From Euryarchaeota archaeon UBA557 (GTDB lineage Archaea > Thermoplasmatota > Poseidoniia > Poseidoniales > Thalassarchaeaceae): a stretch of DNA of 64,000 nt. Both the position numbers and the translations under genes were made by a program. Positions 1 to 9,435 of the stretch are shown one piece after another. Location: positions 9,049-73,048 of the forward strand of contig DARI01000009.1 in the NCBI GenBank assembly GCA_002503285.1, in the 5' to 3' direction. The notes beneath the pieces were generated by a model. The model saw only the letters and a list, made by a program, of their open reading frames with translations, made no database searches and was not told the origin of the DNA. Positions within the stretch are counted from its first letter, which is position 1. Every line of letters starts with the position of its first letter.

Positions 1-2
1 AC

Positions 3-1010
3 GTCGATGTGGTGTTGCATCAAAATAAAGGAAAAGTACAGGGAGAAATACTGGTAACTTCATCACTAGATCAGGTGAGTACTGCAGTTATTGGCGCAGC
101 TTTAGAAACTATTGAAAGAATAGGCCCATGTAAGTCATCGATAAAAGTAAAACAAATTGAAAATATACGTTCTGCAAAGCGTGATCATGTAATTGATCGT
201 GCAAAAGAATTACTCGTTAGTTTAGTTAATTCAGGTACAGATGAATCAAAGAATATATTGGAAGAAGTACGATCGGTTCTTACATTAGATACAGAAATCG
301 AAATTTCAGGAATGACCGCAGGCCCGAATGTTGAAAATAGCGAAGCGATAATTATCGTTGAAGGCAGAAACGATGTTAGAAACCTATTGAAATATGGTAT
401 TAAAAACGCTATTGCAACAATGGGCTCAGGTATAAATTCCGAATTATTAACTCTTGCAAGTAAGAAAAAAATTGTTACAGCATTCCTAGATGGAGATAGA
501 GGTGGAAAGTTATTACTTATGGAATTGAGTGGTAAATTAGGCAAATCTTTAACTCACGTTTCCATAGCCCCCCAAAGCAGAGAAGTAGAACATTTAGAAG
601 GTAAAGTAATAACAAAATGCTTGAATCAAAAAGAAGTTGCTTCAAAAGCCGTTGCTAGGATTCAAATAGAAATTCAGAAGGATGATGATGAAACAGTTGG
701 TACTGGAAGTGAACTATTAGAGGCGCCAGAACATGTCAAAAAATGGGCAGAATTATTGCAAGGCCTACCAAGGAATAATGCGATCATAATTCTTGAAGAT
801 GGCACGACTACAGATCCAATTGGTGCAAGTAGTCTAAAGGAATCCTTGGAAGAAACCAAAGGTGCACAAGGCCTTGTGTTTGCTGGAAAAATAAATGATA
901 AAATATTTGATTATGCATCCGGTGCAGGGATTGAAAATGTATTAGGAAATTCTAGAGGCAAAGTATCTAGAAAGCAAGATGTACAAGCATTTTCACCAGA
1001 TGATTTCTAA
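3..1010 (+). CDS. dnaG: archaeal DnaG-type primase (Toprim), 5'-truncated by the window edge
   Basis: The reading frame is open to the window start. Toprim blocks 'IIIVEGRNDVRNLLKYGIKNAIATMG' and 'FLDGDRGGK' are typical of archaeal DnaG. Confidence 0.85.
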   Translation, partial: VDVVLHQNKGKVQGEILVTSSLDQVSTAVIGAALETIERIGPCKSSIKVKQIENIRSAKRDHVIDRAKELLVSLVNSGTDESKNILEEVRSVLTLDTEIEISGMTAGPNVENSEAIIIVEGRNDVRNLLKYGIKNAIATMGSGINSELLTLASKKKIVTAFLDGDRGGKLLLMELSGKLGKSLTHVSIAPQSREVEHLEGKVITKCLNQKEVASKAVARIQIEIQKDDDETVGTGSELLEAPEHVKKWAELLQGLPRNNAIIILEDGTTTDPIGASSLKESLEETKGAQGLVFAGKINDKIFDYASGAGIENVLGNSRGKVSRKQDVQAFSPDDF

Positions 1011-1131
1011 AAATTATGATAATCTAAGTCAATTTTTATAAAACTGACTAATCCTAATTATATTAAAAATTAGCATAAAAGACATAAAAGTAATAGAAGC
1101 CATCAAAAGTCTTCTATGTCCGCTCGTAGTA

Positions 1132-3417
1132 ATGGAATCTTCCACCATGGCTGTTGTAACAGTTTATGCAATATTGATTATTGCATTGACAACTCTTTGG
1201 TTAAAACATAAAAGTATGATGAACAAAAGTAAAAAATTTCATTCAAGAATGGGATTATTACAAGGAAATTTAAATGAAACATCTAATTCTTTAGAATTAT
1301 TATCTAGGGGAGTTAACACCATTCTATCTGATGCTCCAGAAGTACATGGGCTACTCGACGTTCATAAATCCTTAGAAAATGCAGAAAAATTATTATTAAA
1401 TCAGAATTTTAGTATAAGTTCCAGTGAATCATGCGCAATCGCAACTCACGCAACTCACGCAATTCTAAACCACTATTCAGGAATTGATAATAATCAAACT
1501 ACAGATATAATTTCTGGACTTTTACCACTTACAAAAAGATTAGACTCAATTTTAACTCAGTCAAATATGAGGGCCGAAGATATCGAATTAAATGGTAATG
1601 AACATAGACGAATCGGTGAACTATTTCATGCGATAGGCAGAACTGATCGTGCATCAGATTTTTACAATGTGGCACATGAATTAAGCCCTGAAGATATTAA
1701 GCCATTAAGGGCCCTTGCAGGCATACAACGAAAAAATGGAGATCTAGAACTTCTAGATATTAGTTTAGAAAGACTATTAGCTATCAATCCAGATGATATC
1801 GAAGCTTTACAGGAACAAATTTTACTATTGACGGATTTAGATCCTTCAAGAGTAAAGAGAAATAAAAAACGATTAGAAGGGTTAGGAATAGAATTTACAA
1901 AAAACAATGGTCAATTATCAAATATTATAGAAAGGGCGAATATTGTCGGTCAGAATTTGCATATTCATAATTCCGAAGATATTGACGAATTATATAAAAA
2001 AGGATCAAAACTACTTTCTCTCGGAGAAATAAATACGGCCCTGGAATGTATTGAAAAAGTAATTAAATTAGATTCCAAAAATGGAAAGGCATGGCTTTTA
2101 CACTCAAGAATCTTAGCAACAAATCCTCATAAAATAAAAGAAGCACTTTCCAGTATAAAAAAAGCACAAGGTTTGGGCGAATTCGGTATTATAATTGAAT
2201 CAGAGATACTAGATAATAACGGGAAAAAACAACCAGCAATTGAAGTACTTGAAGAATATATTGTAAAATATCCCGAAAATCCTGAAGTTAGAGCAAAGCT
2301 AAGCCTTTTACTTCTTAGGTCTGGATCATTTGAATGGGCTAATAAAATACTAGAAGAAGCTCCTTTAGTTTCGTGGGAACATGAAGCATTGCATGTTATG
2401 AAAGGACGATTAAATCTTTCTAAAGTGGATGAAAATAGGGATAATACCGGTAAATATGATCAAATACTTCTTTTGGATTCAATTTCTTGTTTTGATTCAG
2501 CAATTGAATATAATCGCGAATCGGGATTAGCATGGTTAGGTAGGGCTAGAGCATTGCGCTACCAAATGTCATACAATGAAGCAGAAATAGCACTAATTAG
2601 GGCCAGACGCCTGATACCAGAAAATCCTTCAATATCATTAGAAGAAGCTCAATTAGCACTTGACTTAGGTAAAATTGATCAAGCAGATGTTATGATTTCA
2701 TCAGCATCTACTAGGTTAAAAAATAACTCGACTATTTATTTTATAAAAGGACTCATTGCGGCAAGAAAAGGACACTTGACTGAGGCACAAGACTTCTTCT
2801 CAAGAACACTTGAAATGGATAAAAATCACGTTAGAGCCCGATTAAACAGGTGTTCTGCAGCATTGTTGAGAGAAGAATTAAGCCTTGCGCTTGATGATGC
2901 TAATCTATTAGTTGAGAATAGGCCGAATCTAAGTTTAGCAAAATTAAGAAGATCTGAAATATTAATGAATCTTGGAGATTGGTCAGAAGCAGAATCTGAA
3001 TTAAGGGGCTTATTGAAAGAAAATTCTGAATATACAATGGCTCTAGTCCATTTAGGAACATGTATGAATGCAATGGGAAGGGCAGAACAAGCAGAAAAAC
3101 CATTAAATAAAGCAATAAATATCGATCCAACTCTTTCCGATGCATGGTATCAAAGGGGATTATTATATCTTGATTTTGGTAGATTAGATGAAGCCTTCTC
3201 CGATTTTGAAAATGCTGCGCGATGTAATCCTAGACATTTGGATGCCAATCTTAGAATCGCAGCCATATTACATGAAGGCGAATATCCAGAAAAAGCAATA
3301 TCAGCTTGGAGAGCAGTTTTGAATATAGACTCTGAACATAAACTAGCTAGGCGAAGACTAGAAGAATCTAGAGAAAAGGTTTCAACTAGAAATTCTAATT
3401 ATATTACAAAGCATTAA
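1132..3417 (+). CDS. membrane-anchored TPR-repeat protein
   Basis: N-terminal hydrophobic segment 'AVVTVYAILIIALTTLWL'. Many TPR-like units follow (e.g. 'AWLLHSRILA', 'AWLGRARALRYQMSYNEAE', 'AWYQRGLLYLDFGRLDEAFSDFENAARCNP'). Confidence 0.7.
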   Translation: MESSTMAVVTVYAILIIALTTLWLKHKSMMNKSKKFHSRMGLLQGNLNETSNSLELLSRGVNTILSDAPEVHGLLDVHKSLENAEKLLLNQNFSISSSESCAIATHATHAILNHYSGIDNNQTTDIISGLLPLTKRLDSILTQSNMRAEDIELNGNEHRRIGELFHAIGRTDRASDFYNVAHELSPEDIKPLRALAGIQRKNGDLELLDISLERLLAINPDDIEALQEQILLLTDLDPSRVKRNKKRLEGLGIEFTKNNGQLSNIIERANIVGQNLHIHNSEDIDELYKKGSKLLSLGEINTALECIEKVIKLDSKNGKAWLLHSRILATNPHKIKEALSSIKKAQGLGEFGIIIESEILDNNGKKQPAIEVLEEYIVKYPENPEVRAKLSLLLLRSGSFEWANKILEEAPLVSWEHEALHVMKGRLNLSKVDENRDNTGKYDQILLLDSISCFDSAIEYNRESGLAWLGRARALRYQMSYNEAEIALIRARRLIPENPSISLEEAQLALDLGKIDQADVMISSASTRLKNNSTIYFIKGLIAARKGHLTEAQDFFSRTLEMDKNHVRARLNRCSAALLREELSLALDDANLLVENRPNLSLAKLRRSEILMNLGDWSEAESELRGLLKENSEYTMALVHLGTCMNAMGRAEQAEKPLNKAINIDPTLSDAWYQRGLLYLDFGRLDEAFSDFENAARCNPRHLDANLRIAAILHEGEYPEKAISAWRAVLNIDSEHKLARRRLEESREKVSTRNSNYITKH

Positions 3418-3442
3418 TTCTCTAATTGCTTTGGATTATTAT

Positions 3443-3997
3443 ATGAATGTGTCACTAGGAATAGAACCAGGAGAATTAGCACCAGAATTTTCATTAAAAA
3501 ATGCTAATTTTTTAATAAACAAACCCACTGTTTCCCTTTCGGATATTATGGATGATAATGGCGCTATAATATTATTTACATGCAATCATTGTCCATATGT
3601 AGTTGGTTCAGAATCAAGAATTGAAATTTTATCTAAAAAAGCAAAGGAGAATAAAATTGGTTTTGTAGGAATAAATTCTAATGATCCAATAAATTACACT
3701 ACTGATTCATGGGAAAATATGGTAAAAAGAGCTAACTCTGGTATGTCATATCCGTACCTTGTAGATGATACGCAAGAAGTTGCAATAAAATATGGTGCAG
3801 AAAGAACCCCTGAATTCTATCTAGTAAATAAATCAGGATTAGTTGTTTATCGAGGAAGAATGGATGATTCACCACGTGATCCTTCTCATGCGACAACTTC
3901 AGAATTATCAGATGCAATAGATTTTATTGTAATGGGTAAAGATATTTCAGAATCTAGAACAGTAAGTATAGGGTGTTCTATTAAATGGAAAATATAA
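3443..3997 (+). CDS. thioredoxin-fold redoxin (AhpC/TSA-like thiol-disulfide oxidoreductase)
   Basis: 'APEFSL...ILFTCNHCPYV' CxxC-type motif in a redoxin context. The ATG at 3443 is preferred over the TTG at 3431. Confidence 0.7.
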   Translation: MNVSLGIEPGELAPEFSLKNANFLINKPTVSLSDIMDDNGAIILFTCNHCPYVVGSESRIEILSKKAKENKIGFVGINSNDPINYTTDSWENMVKRANSGMSYPYLVDDTQEVAIKYGAERTPEFYLVNKSGLVVYRGRMDDSPRDPSHATTSELSDAIDFIVMGKDISESRTVSIGCSIKWKI

Positions 3998-3999
3998 AT

Positions 4000-4422
4000 T
4001 TAATATTGTTCTAATACTAATTCAGTTTGTGTAGAACTTATATCACCGGGCGCAGCCAACCACATTTTATCTAGCATATTCCTGAGTCCAACAGTATCAT
4101 CAACGTGTACAATTGCAATCAAATCAGCATCTCCACTGATTTCATATACTGATTCAACACCATTCCATCCTGCAAATTCTCCGGCTAAAGTTCCAATTTC
4201 GGTCCCTGGTCCAATTTTCATTCTTATAAGTGCAGATAATCCAATTCCAGCCTCTCTAACGGTATATCCTCTTATGACACCCTCATCTTCCAATTTACGC
4301 ATTCTAGTTCTCACAGTCCTCTCAGTAACTCCAACAGTTTTTGCAATATCCACATAAGGGGCTCTGCCATTATCTCTCAATACGGATAATATTCCTCTAT
4401 CTAAAGAATCGATGTTTATCAT
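4000..4422 (-). CDS. Lrp/AsnC family transcriptional regulator
   Basis: N-terminal HTH 'LDRGILSVLRDNGRAPYVDIAKTVGVTERTVRTRMRKLEDEGVIRGY' plus a C-terminal RAM-like half. The 140-aa length is typical. Confidence 0.9.
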   Translation of the reverse strand: MINIDSLDRGILSVLRDNGRAPYVDIAKTVGVTERTVRTRMRKLEDEGVIRGYTVREAGIGLSALIRMKIGPGTEIGTLAGEFAGWNGVESVYEISGDADLIAIVHVDDTVGLRNMLDKMWLAAPGDISSTQTELVLEQY

Positions 4423-4739
4423 ATATAATCCGAAAAGTAAATCTTATTTGTACTTTTATTCCAGTTAATAATATATTTTTAAATATATATTACCGGTTTA
4501 TAGCATATATTTTAAATCATTAAAAAACTTATTTTAAAATATGAGCCCTGTAAATACAGTTTATCCGGATCGAAGTTTTATCTATTTATTCCAGGAATTA
4601 AAAGATATCATTGGAAAGATGACATAATTCTCAAATTAATATGGATGAATTATAAAAATAATATTGAAATGACTTTGCTGAGTTAATTAATATTTATAAT
4701 CCCGTTACATTCACAAAGACAATCCCATCCGTCTCATAT
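4423..4739. promoter_or_regulatory. divergent lrp/eno intergenic control region (AT-rich, TATA-like boxes)
   Basis: At 317 nt this is the longest spacer in the window. TATA-like 'TTTAAATATATA' lies at 4478-4489. 'ATATTTATAA' lies at 4690-4699, about 45 nt upstream of the eno ATG. Confidence 0.3.
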
Positions 4740-5993
4740 ATGGGATTGCCCATAAGCAATTTAAATGGAAGAATGATACTTGACTCGCGAGGAAACCCAA
4801 CGATTGAGGTAGATTGCTATGCTAGTATCGATATCCCGTCTAGGGCAGCAGTACCTTCAGGAGCATCTACAGGAAGTTATGAGGCTGTAGAATTACGAGA
4901 TAACCATGATGAAAAATGGAATGGTAAAGGAGTAGATATTGCCGTAGGCAATATAAATGGAATAATAAAAAATTCATTGGTCGGCATCGACGTATCAGAT
5001 CAAGAAAAAATTGATAAAATTATGCTAGATTTAGATGGGTCTCCAAACAAATCAAAATTAGGTGCAAATGCAATTCTAGGCGTTTCCTTGGCTTGCTTAC
5101 GAGGAGCTGCAGGTATAGGATATCCATTATGGTCATACATTGCAAAAAATGAAGAAAAATGTACTTTACCAGTACCTTTAATGAATATATTAAATGGTGG
5201 TGCACATGCAAACTCTAATGTAGATGTACAAGAATTTATGATTGTACCACATGGTTTCACCGATTTTAAAGTAGCCCTAAGGGCTGGAGTCGAAATATAT
5301 CACACTTTAAAATCAATTTTAAATAAAAATAATCTGTTAGGAGGTATCGGAGATGAAGGGGGCTTTGCCCCCAATTTAAGATGTAATGAGGATGGATTGA
5401 TATATGTTCAACAGGCAATATTAGAATCAGGATATAAACCAGGAACTGAGGTCTCAATAGCACTTGACGTCGCTGCTCAAGAATTTTATTATGAAGGAAA
5501 ATATAAAATTGATGGTAAACTAATCTCTGGATTAGAGTTAGCAAATATCTATTCCAAATGGATTTCATCTTATCCTATAGTTTCAATAGAAGATCCATTT
5601 GGAGAAGATGATTGGAATTCTTGGATTGAATTTACAAAAAAAGAAGGACATAGGGTACAAATAGTCGGGGACGATTTATACGTTACTAATCCAGAAAGAT
5701 TTGAAAAAGGAATTAAACTTTCTGCCTCTAATGCAATATTGATAAAATTAAATCAAATAGGGACTTTTACTGAAACTATGAAAGTTATAAAGATGGCAAA
5801 AGAAGCAGGATTTAGGACAATAATCAGTCATAGATCCGGAGAAACAAATGATGATATAATTTCTGATATAGCAGTTGGAACTAATGCGGGCCAAATAAAA
5901 ACAGGTGCACCTGCTAGAAGTGATAGAACATCAAAATATAATCAATTACTAAGAATTTATGAAGATTGTAATGAATACACTAAACTATTCTAG
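4740..5993 (+). CDS. eno: enolase (phosphopyruvate hydratase)
   Basis: 'ILDSRGNPTIEVD', 'VPSGASTGSYEAVELRD', 'LNGGAHA', 'SHRSGETNDD' and 'KTGAPARSDRTSKYNQLLRI' are canonical enolase blocks. Confidence 0.97.
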   Translation: MGLPISNLNGRMILDSRGNPTIEVDCYASIDIPSRAAVPSGASTGSYEAVELRDNHDEKWNGKGVDIAVGNINGIIKNSLVGIDVSDQEKIDKIMLDLDGSPNKSKLGANAILGVSLACLRGAAGIGYPLWSYIAKNEEKCTLPVPLMNILNGGAHANSNVDVQEFMIVPHGFTDFKVALRAGVEIYHTLKSILNKNNLLGGIGDEGGFAPNLRCNEDGLIYVQQAILESGYKPGTEVSIALDVAAQEFYYEGKYKIDGKLISGLELANIYSKWISSYPIVSIEDPFGEDDWNSWIEFTKKEGHRVQIVGDDLYVTNPERFEKGIKLSASNAILIKLNQIGTFTETMKVIKMAKEAGFRTIISHRSGETNDDIISDIAVGTNAGQIKTGAPARSDRTSKYNQLLRIYEDCNEYTKLF

Positions 5994-6932
5994 TGATTTT
6001 AATAGTAATGGTAAAACAATGGTAGCATCTGATTCTATCATAAATCTTGGAGTATCGACATCTAATTTTCCCCAACTTATCTTTTCAGTGGGAGGCGCTC
6101 CAGAATATCCTCCATATGATGATTTAGATTCGCTAATTTGTGCAAACCATTTCCAACGACTTACTTTTATGCCTACATCTTGTTCTAACATTGGCACGAC
6201 ACAAATTGCAAAATCTCCGGCAATACCGCCTCCAACTTGTAATATTCCAGTTGGAGAATCATCTTCTCTATACCAATCTGCAAGTTCCTGCATAGCATAC
6301 AAACCCCCCTTTACTATATCTGAACTCTTTAATGTACAATCTAAAACTCTCGCAGCAAGTATATTCCCCAATGTTGAATCTTCCCAACCAGGGACAAATA
6401 TTGGTAGATTGGCATCTGCCGCAGCCAATAACCATGAATTTTCTGGATTTGCATCAAATTCTATATCACTATGCAATAAGATGTCATATAGATATTCATG
6501 CGGAAATCTTTTGTCACCAGCCGCTTCAGCATTTTTCCATAAAGGCAATAGTAATTTCTCAATTTTCCTAACCGCCTCTTCTTCAGGTATCGCAACGTCC
6601 GTAACCCGATTCATTCCCCTGTCTCTGAGTGCAGCATCATTTTCTGCCGTCATCTCTCTCCAATTAGGAATCTTCTCATAACTTGAATGTGCAACTAAAT
6701 TAAACAAATCTTCTTCTAAATTGGCACCCGTACAACAAATTGCATGAATTTTTTGGGATCTGATTACAGGCGCCAGAGTCCTTCCTATTTCAGCAGTAGA
6801 CATGGCACCAGCCAAAGTAATCATCATCCTTCCTTTATTATCAATGAATTTTCTTAGAGAATCAGAACATTCTGCTAATACTCCAGCATTAAAATGCCTA
6901 TAATTTTCCTCAATGAACTTTCTTATTGACAT
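5985..6932 (-). CDS. dys: deoxyhypusine synthase
   Basis: 'MITLAGAMSTAEIG', 'ICCTGANLEEDLF' and 'GGGIAGDF' are DHS-family blocks. 315 aa. Its 3' end overlaps eno by 9 nt. Confidence 0.9.
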   Translation of the reverse strand: MSIRKFIEENYRHFNAGVLAECSDSLRKFIDNKGRMMITLAGAMSTAEIGRTLAPVIRSQKIHAICCTGANLEEDLFNLVAHSSYEKIPNWREMTAENDAALRDRGMNRVTDVAIPEEEAVRKIEKLLLPLWKNAEAAGDKRFPHEYLYDILLHSDIEFDANPENSWLLAAADANLPIFVPGWEDSTLGNILAARVLDCTLKSSDIVKGGLYAMQELADWYREDDSPTGILQVGGGIAGDFAICVVPMLEQDVGIKVSRWKWFAQISESKSSYGGYSGAPPTEKISWGKLDVDTPRFMIESDATIVLPLLLKSLE

Positions 6933-7346
6933 TTAATCACCCTTTAATAAAAATCTTTTTACAGATTCCTCTCTTACCAAATGCAAATTATCTATAGACA
7001 TTGAAAGAATAATTTTTAATTCATCCACAATTATTTGGGGATTATTTTTTCCACATGTAAAGACATCTATTGCGAGGATACCAATTTCCGAATAACAATG
7101 TGCAGTAACGTGACTTTCATCCACTAACACAACAGCTGCAAATCCCGGGGGGCTATCTGTTCCATCAAATTCTACAACGTGGGCGTGAACTTCCTTTACT
7201 CCGGCTTTTTTAATACAATTTCTAAGGATTTTTAACATCCATTTACCATCTTCGTGAACAGGTGGATTATAATTAATATAATCTAAAAAAATATGAACTC
7301 CTCTACTTTCATTCGTGTCCATATTGGTTGACCCATAATCTATCAT
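6933..7346 (-). CDS. speH: pyruvoyl-dependent S-adenosylmethionine decarboxylase proenzyme family
   Basis: 'VLVDESHVTAHCYSE' matches the '..ESH.S.HTWPE' self-cleavage block (Glu-Ser site). 137 aa. Its stop abuts the dys start with 0 nt between. Confidence 0.75.
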   Translation of the reverse strand: MIDYGSTNMDTNESRGVHIFLDYINYNPPVHEDGKWMLKILRNCIKKAGVKEVHAHVVEFDGTDSPPGFAAVVLVDESHVTAHCYSEIGILAIDVFTCGKNNPQIIVDELKIILSMSIDNLHLVREESVKRFLLKGD

Positions 7347-7391
7347 AAATATAATTTTAGATAGTATAATTATAAAAATAACTAATTAACT

Positions 7392-8525
7392 TTACTTAAT
7401 TAACCAATTTTTTAATCTTAACAATCCTTCTGTAATGACATCTTCATCCGAAGCATATGAAACTCTAACAAAACCTGCCCCTCCTGCAATTAATGATGCT
7501 GGAATTAATTGTACTCCGGCCTCTAGTGCACCATCTGCGAATTCAACATCACTCATCCCGGTTCCAGTAACATCAACGAAAACATAGAAAGCACCTTCTG
7601 GCTCAGTAATTCTCAATCCAGGTATTTCTGAAAGTCCCTCAATCATAAGTTTCCTCCTTTTCAAATATTCTTGATTAAACTCGTCAACTTCATTATCACA
7701 TTTTAATGCTATTTTTGCTGCATCCATTAGGAATGTTGGAACATGGGATGCAGAATTTGCTTGACTTTTTGCCGCGGCCTTCATTGCTTCTGATGGGCCT
7801 GCTAGAAATCCAAGTCGCATGCCAGTCATGGCCCAAGACTTTGACCACCCGTTAACTACAATCGTACGTTCCATTCCTCCAGGTAATGCAGCAGGTGAAA
7901 TATGGGGATAATCTACCCAGACTAACCTTGCATATATTTCATCGGATACAATCCAAAGATCGTATTCTTTAGCAATATCGACAATCTCTTGTATTTCCGA
8001 AGGGGTGAATACTGCTCCAGTTGGATTACATGGAGAATTTAACAAAATCATCTTAGTTTTATCAGTTATTGAATTTCTAATTGCATCCATATCAGGATGA
8101 AAATTATCTTTTCTAACTGGAACATGGACAGGTATAGCCCCAATAAATTTTAACATTGGTTCATATGATGCCCAAGATGGAGCAAGCAATATGGCCTCAT
8201 CTCCGGGCATAGTTGTAATTAAAAAAGAATAAAGCAAACCTTGTTTTGCACCGGGAGTAATAATTATATCTTCAGGAGGATATCTTAAATTGTGTTTATC
8301 ATCAAGGTAGTTTGCAACTTCTTTACACAAGTCTAAAGATCCCGCTCCCCTTGTATACTTTGTTTTACCCTCTCTTAAACCTTTAATTGCAGTTTCTATT
8401 ACTTTATCAGGAGTATCAAATCCCGGCTCGCCCACAGTCCACCTAATCACACCTTCTGCAGGTGGTTGAAGATAAGGTGCAAACCCTACTCCGAGTCCAT
8501 CATACCTCTCGGATACTCTCGGCAC
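7392..8525 (-). CDS. class I/II PLP-dependent aminotransferase (aspartate/alanine aminotransferase-like)
   Basis: 'NSPCNPTG', 'DEIYARL' and 'SKSWAMTGMRLG' (PLP-lysine block). Confidence 0.88.
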   Translation of the reverse strand: MPRVSERYDGLGVGFAPYLQPPAEGVIRWTVGEPGFDTPDKVIETAIKGLREGKTKYTRGAGSLDLCKEVANYLDDKHNLRYPPEDIIITPGAKQGLLYSFLITTMPGDEAILLAPSWASYEPMLKFIGAIPVHVPVRKDNFHPDMDAIRNSITDKTKMILLNSPCNPTGAVFTPSEIQEIVDIAKEYDLWIVSDEIYARLVWVDYPHISPAALPGGMERTIVVNGWSKSWAMTGMRLGFLAGPSEAMKAAAKSQANSASHVPTFLMDAAKIALKCDNEVDEFNQEYLKRRKLMIEGLSEIPGLRITEPEGAFYVFVDVTGTGMSDVEFADGALEAGVQLIPASLIAGGAGFVRVSYASDEDVITEGLLRLKNWLIK

Positions 8526-8623
8526 ATAGTTGTCCGAGTGTTTAACCTACATGATAGTATGCAAGGAAAATTAAATTATGGACGAACAATATTCAAAGAG
8601 AGCGTTCCACTCGCTGAGTACAA

Positions 8624-8697
8624 GCACGGATGGCAGAGTAGCTATGCAAGGGATTGCAGATCCCTGGACCTGGGTGCAAATCCCGGTCCGTGCTCCA
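8624..8697 (+). tRNA. tRNA-Cys (GCA), CCA encoded
   Basis: Acceptor GCACGGA/TCCGTGC. Anticodon arm AGGGA-TTGCAGA-TCCCT. T arm CTGGG-TGCAAAT-CCCGG. Discriminator U73 as expected for Cys. Confidence 0.9.
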
Positions 8698-8709
8698 AAA
8701 AATTATTTT

Positions 8710-9405
8710 TTATTTACCTAGCCTAGGTCGCCATTCCATATTGTAATGAGGCCCAATTCCGGATATTTCAAAAATATCTGATACAATCTTAAAGCCACAT
8801 CTTGAATACATTGATACAGCTCTAATTCTTGCATTACACCAGATACCAGTATTCTCTTTACTAACTTCATTTTGTAGATTTTTCACTATATACGAACCTA
8901 TTCCTTTATTCCTAAAATCAGGATCAACTGCCATGCCTCTAATCCTATATTTACAACCTGCTACAGCATCTATTTGTAACGTCGCACATCCTATTATTTT
9001 TTTCCCATTGTATACGCAAACAAATCTTGTTTCATCATCATCATCTACTCCGGGATAATATTCACTACCTTTGGGTAATCCAATCCTCAATACCCTATAT
9101 CTTAAATCTAAATGATCATTATCAATAGTTTTTAGCCATCTTAAATCATACTTCATACCAATCCGTGTATCCACAGGTATTTCAAACGGTTTTACAGTAT
9201 TATTTTTATTCTGACTCAATATTCTTCGGAGAAAATCAATTATTACCACCAAAATGAACAATATTGCCACTCCTATGCAAAAGATGAATGAGTATAATAA
9301 AATAACAAAGGTGTATTCCAATATGATACCCAAGATTGGATTCATGAAGATTAAGGGAAACTGGAGACATATAAACAATATGCTAAGGTAAAGAAATATT
9401 ACCAT
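8710..9405 (-). CDS. GNAT N-acetyltransferase with an N-terminal membrane anchor
   Basis: About 60 aa of hydrophobic N-terminus (two predicted TM segments). GNAT motif A follows: 'IRGMAVDPDFRNKGIGSYIV'. Confidence 0.75.
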   Translation of the reverse strand: MVIFLYLSILFICLQFPLIFMNPILGIILEYTFVILLYSFIFCIGVAILFILVVIIDFLRRILSQNKNNTVKPFEIPVDTRIGMKYDLRWLKTIDNDHLDLRYRVLRIGLPKGSEYYPGVDDDDETRFVCVYNGKKIIGCATLQIDAVAGCKYRIRGMAVDPDFRNKGIGSYIVKNLQNEVSKENTGIWCNARIRAVSMYSRCGFKIVSDIFEISGIGPHYNMEWRPRLGK

Positions 9406-9435
9406 AATTAACTCATCTTATATCGGCGCTTTAAA

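Noticed and set aside
5959-6681. 240-aa ORF on the plus strand
   Set aside because: It lies entirely antisense to the well-supported deoxyhypusine synthase gene. Its Ser/Ala/Ile-rich, low-complexity translation has no motifs. It is a typical shadow ORF.
8466-8726. 86-aa ORF on the plus strand
   Set aside because: It overlaps the 5' end of the aminotransferase gene and runs straight through the tRNA-Cys gene. The tRNA structure explains this sequence.
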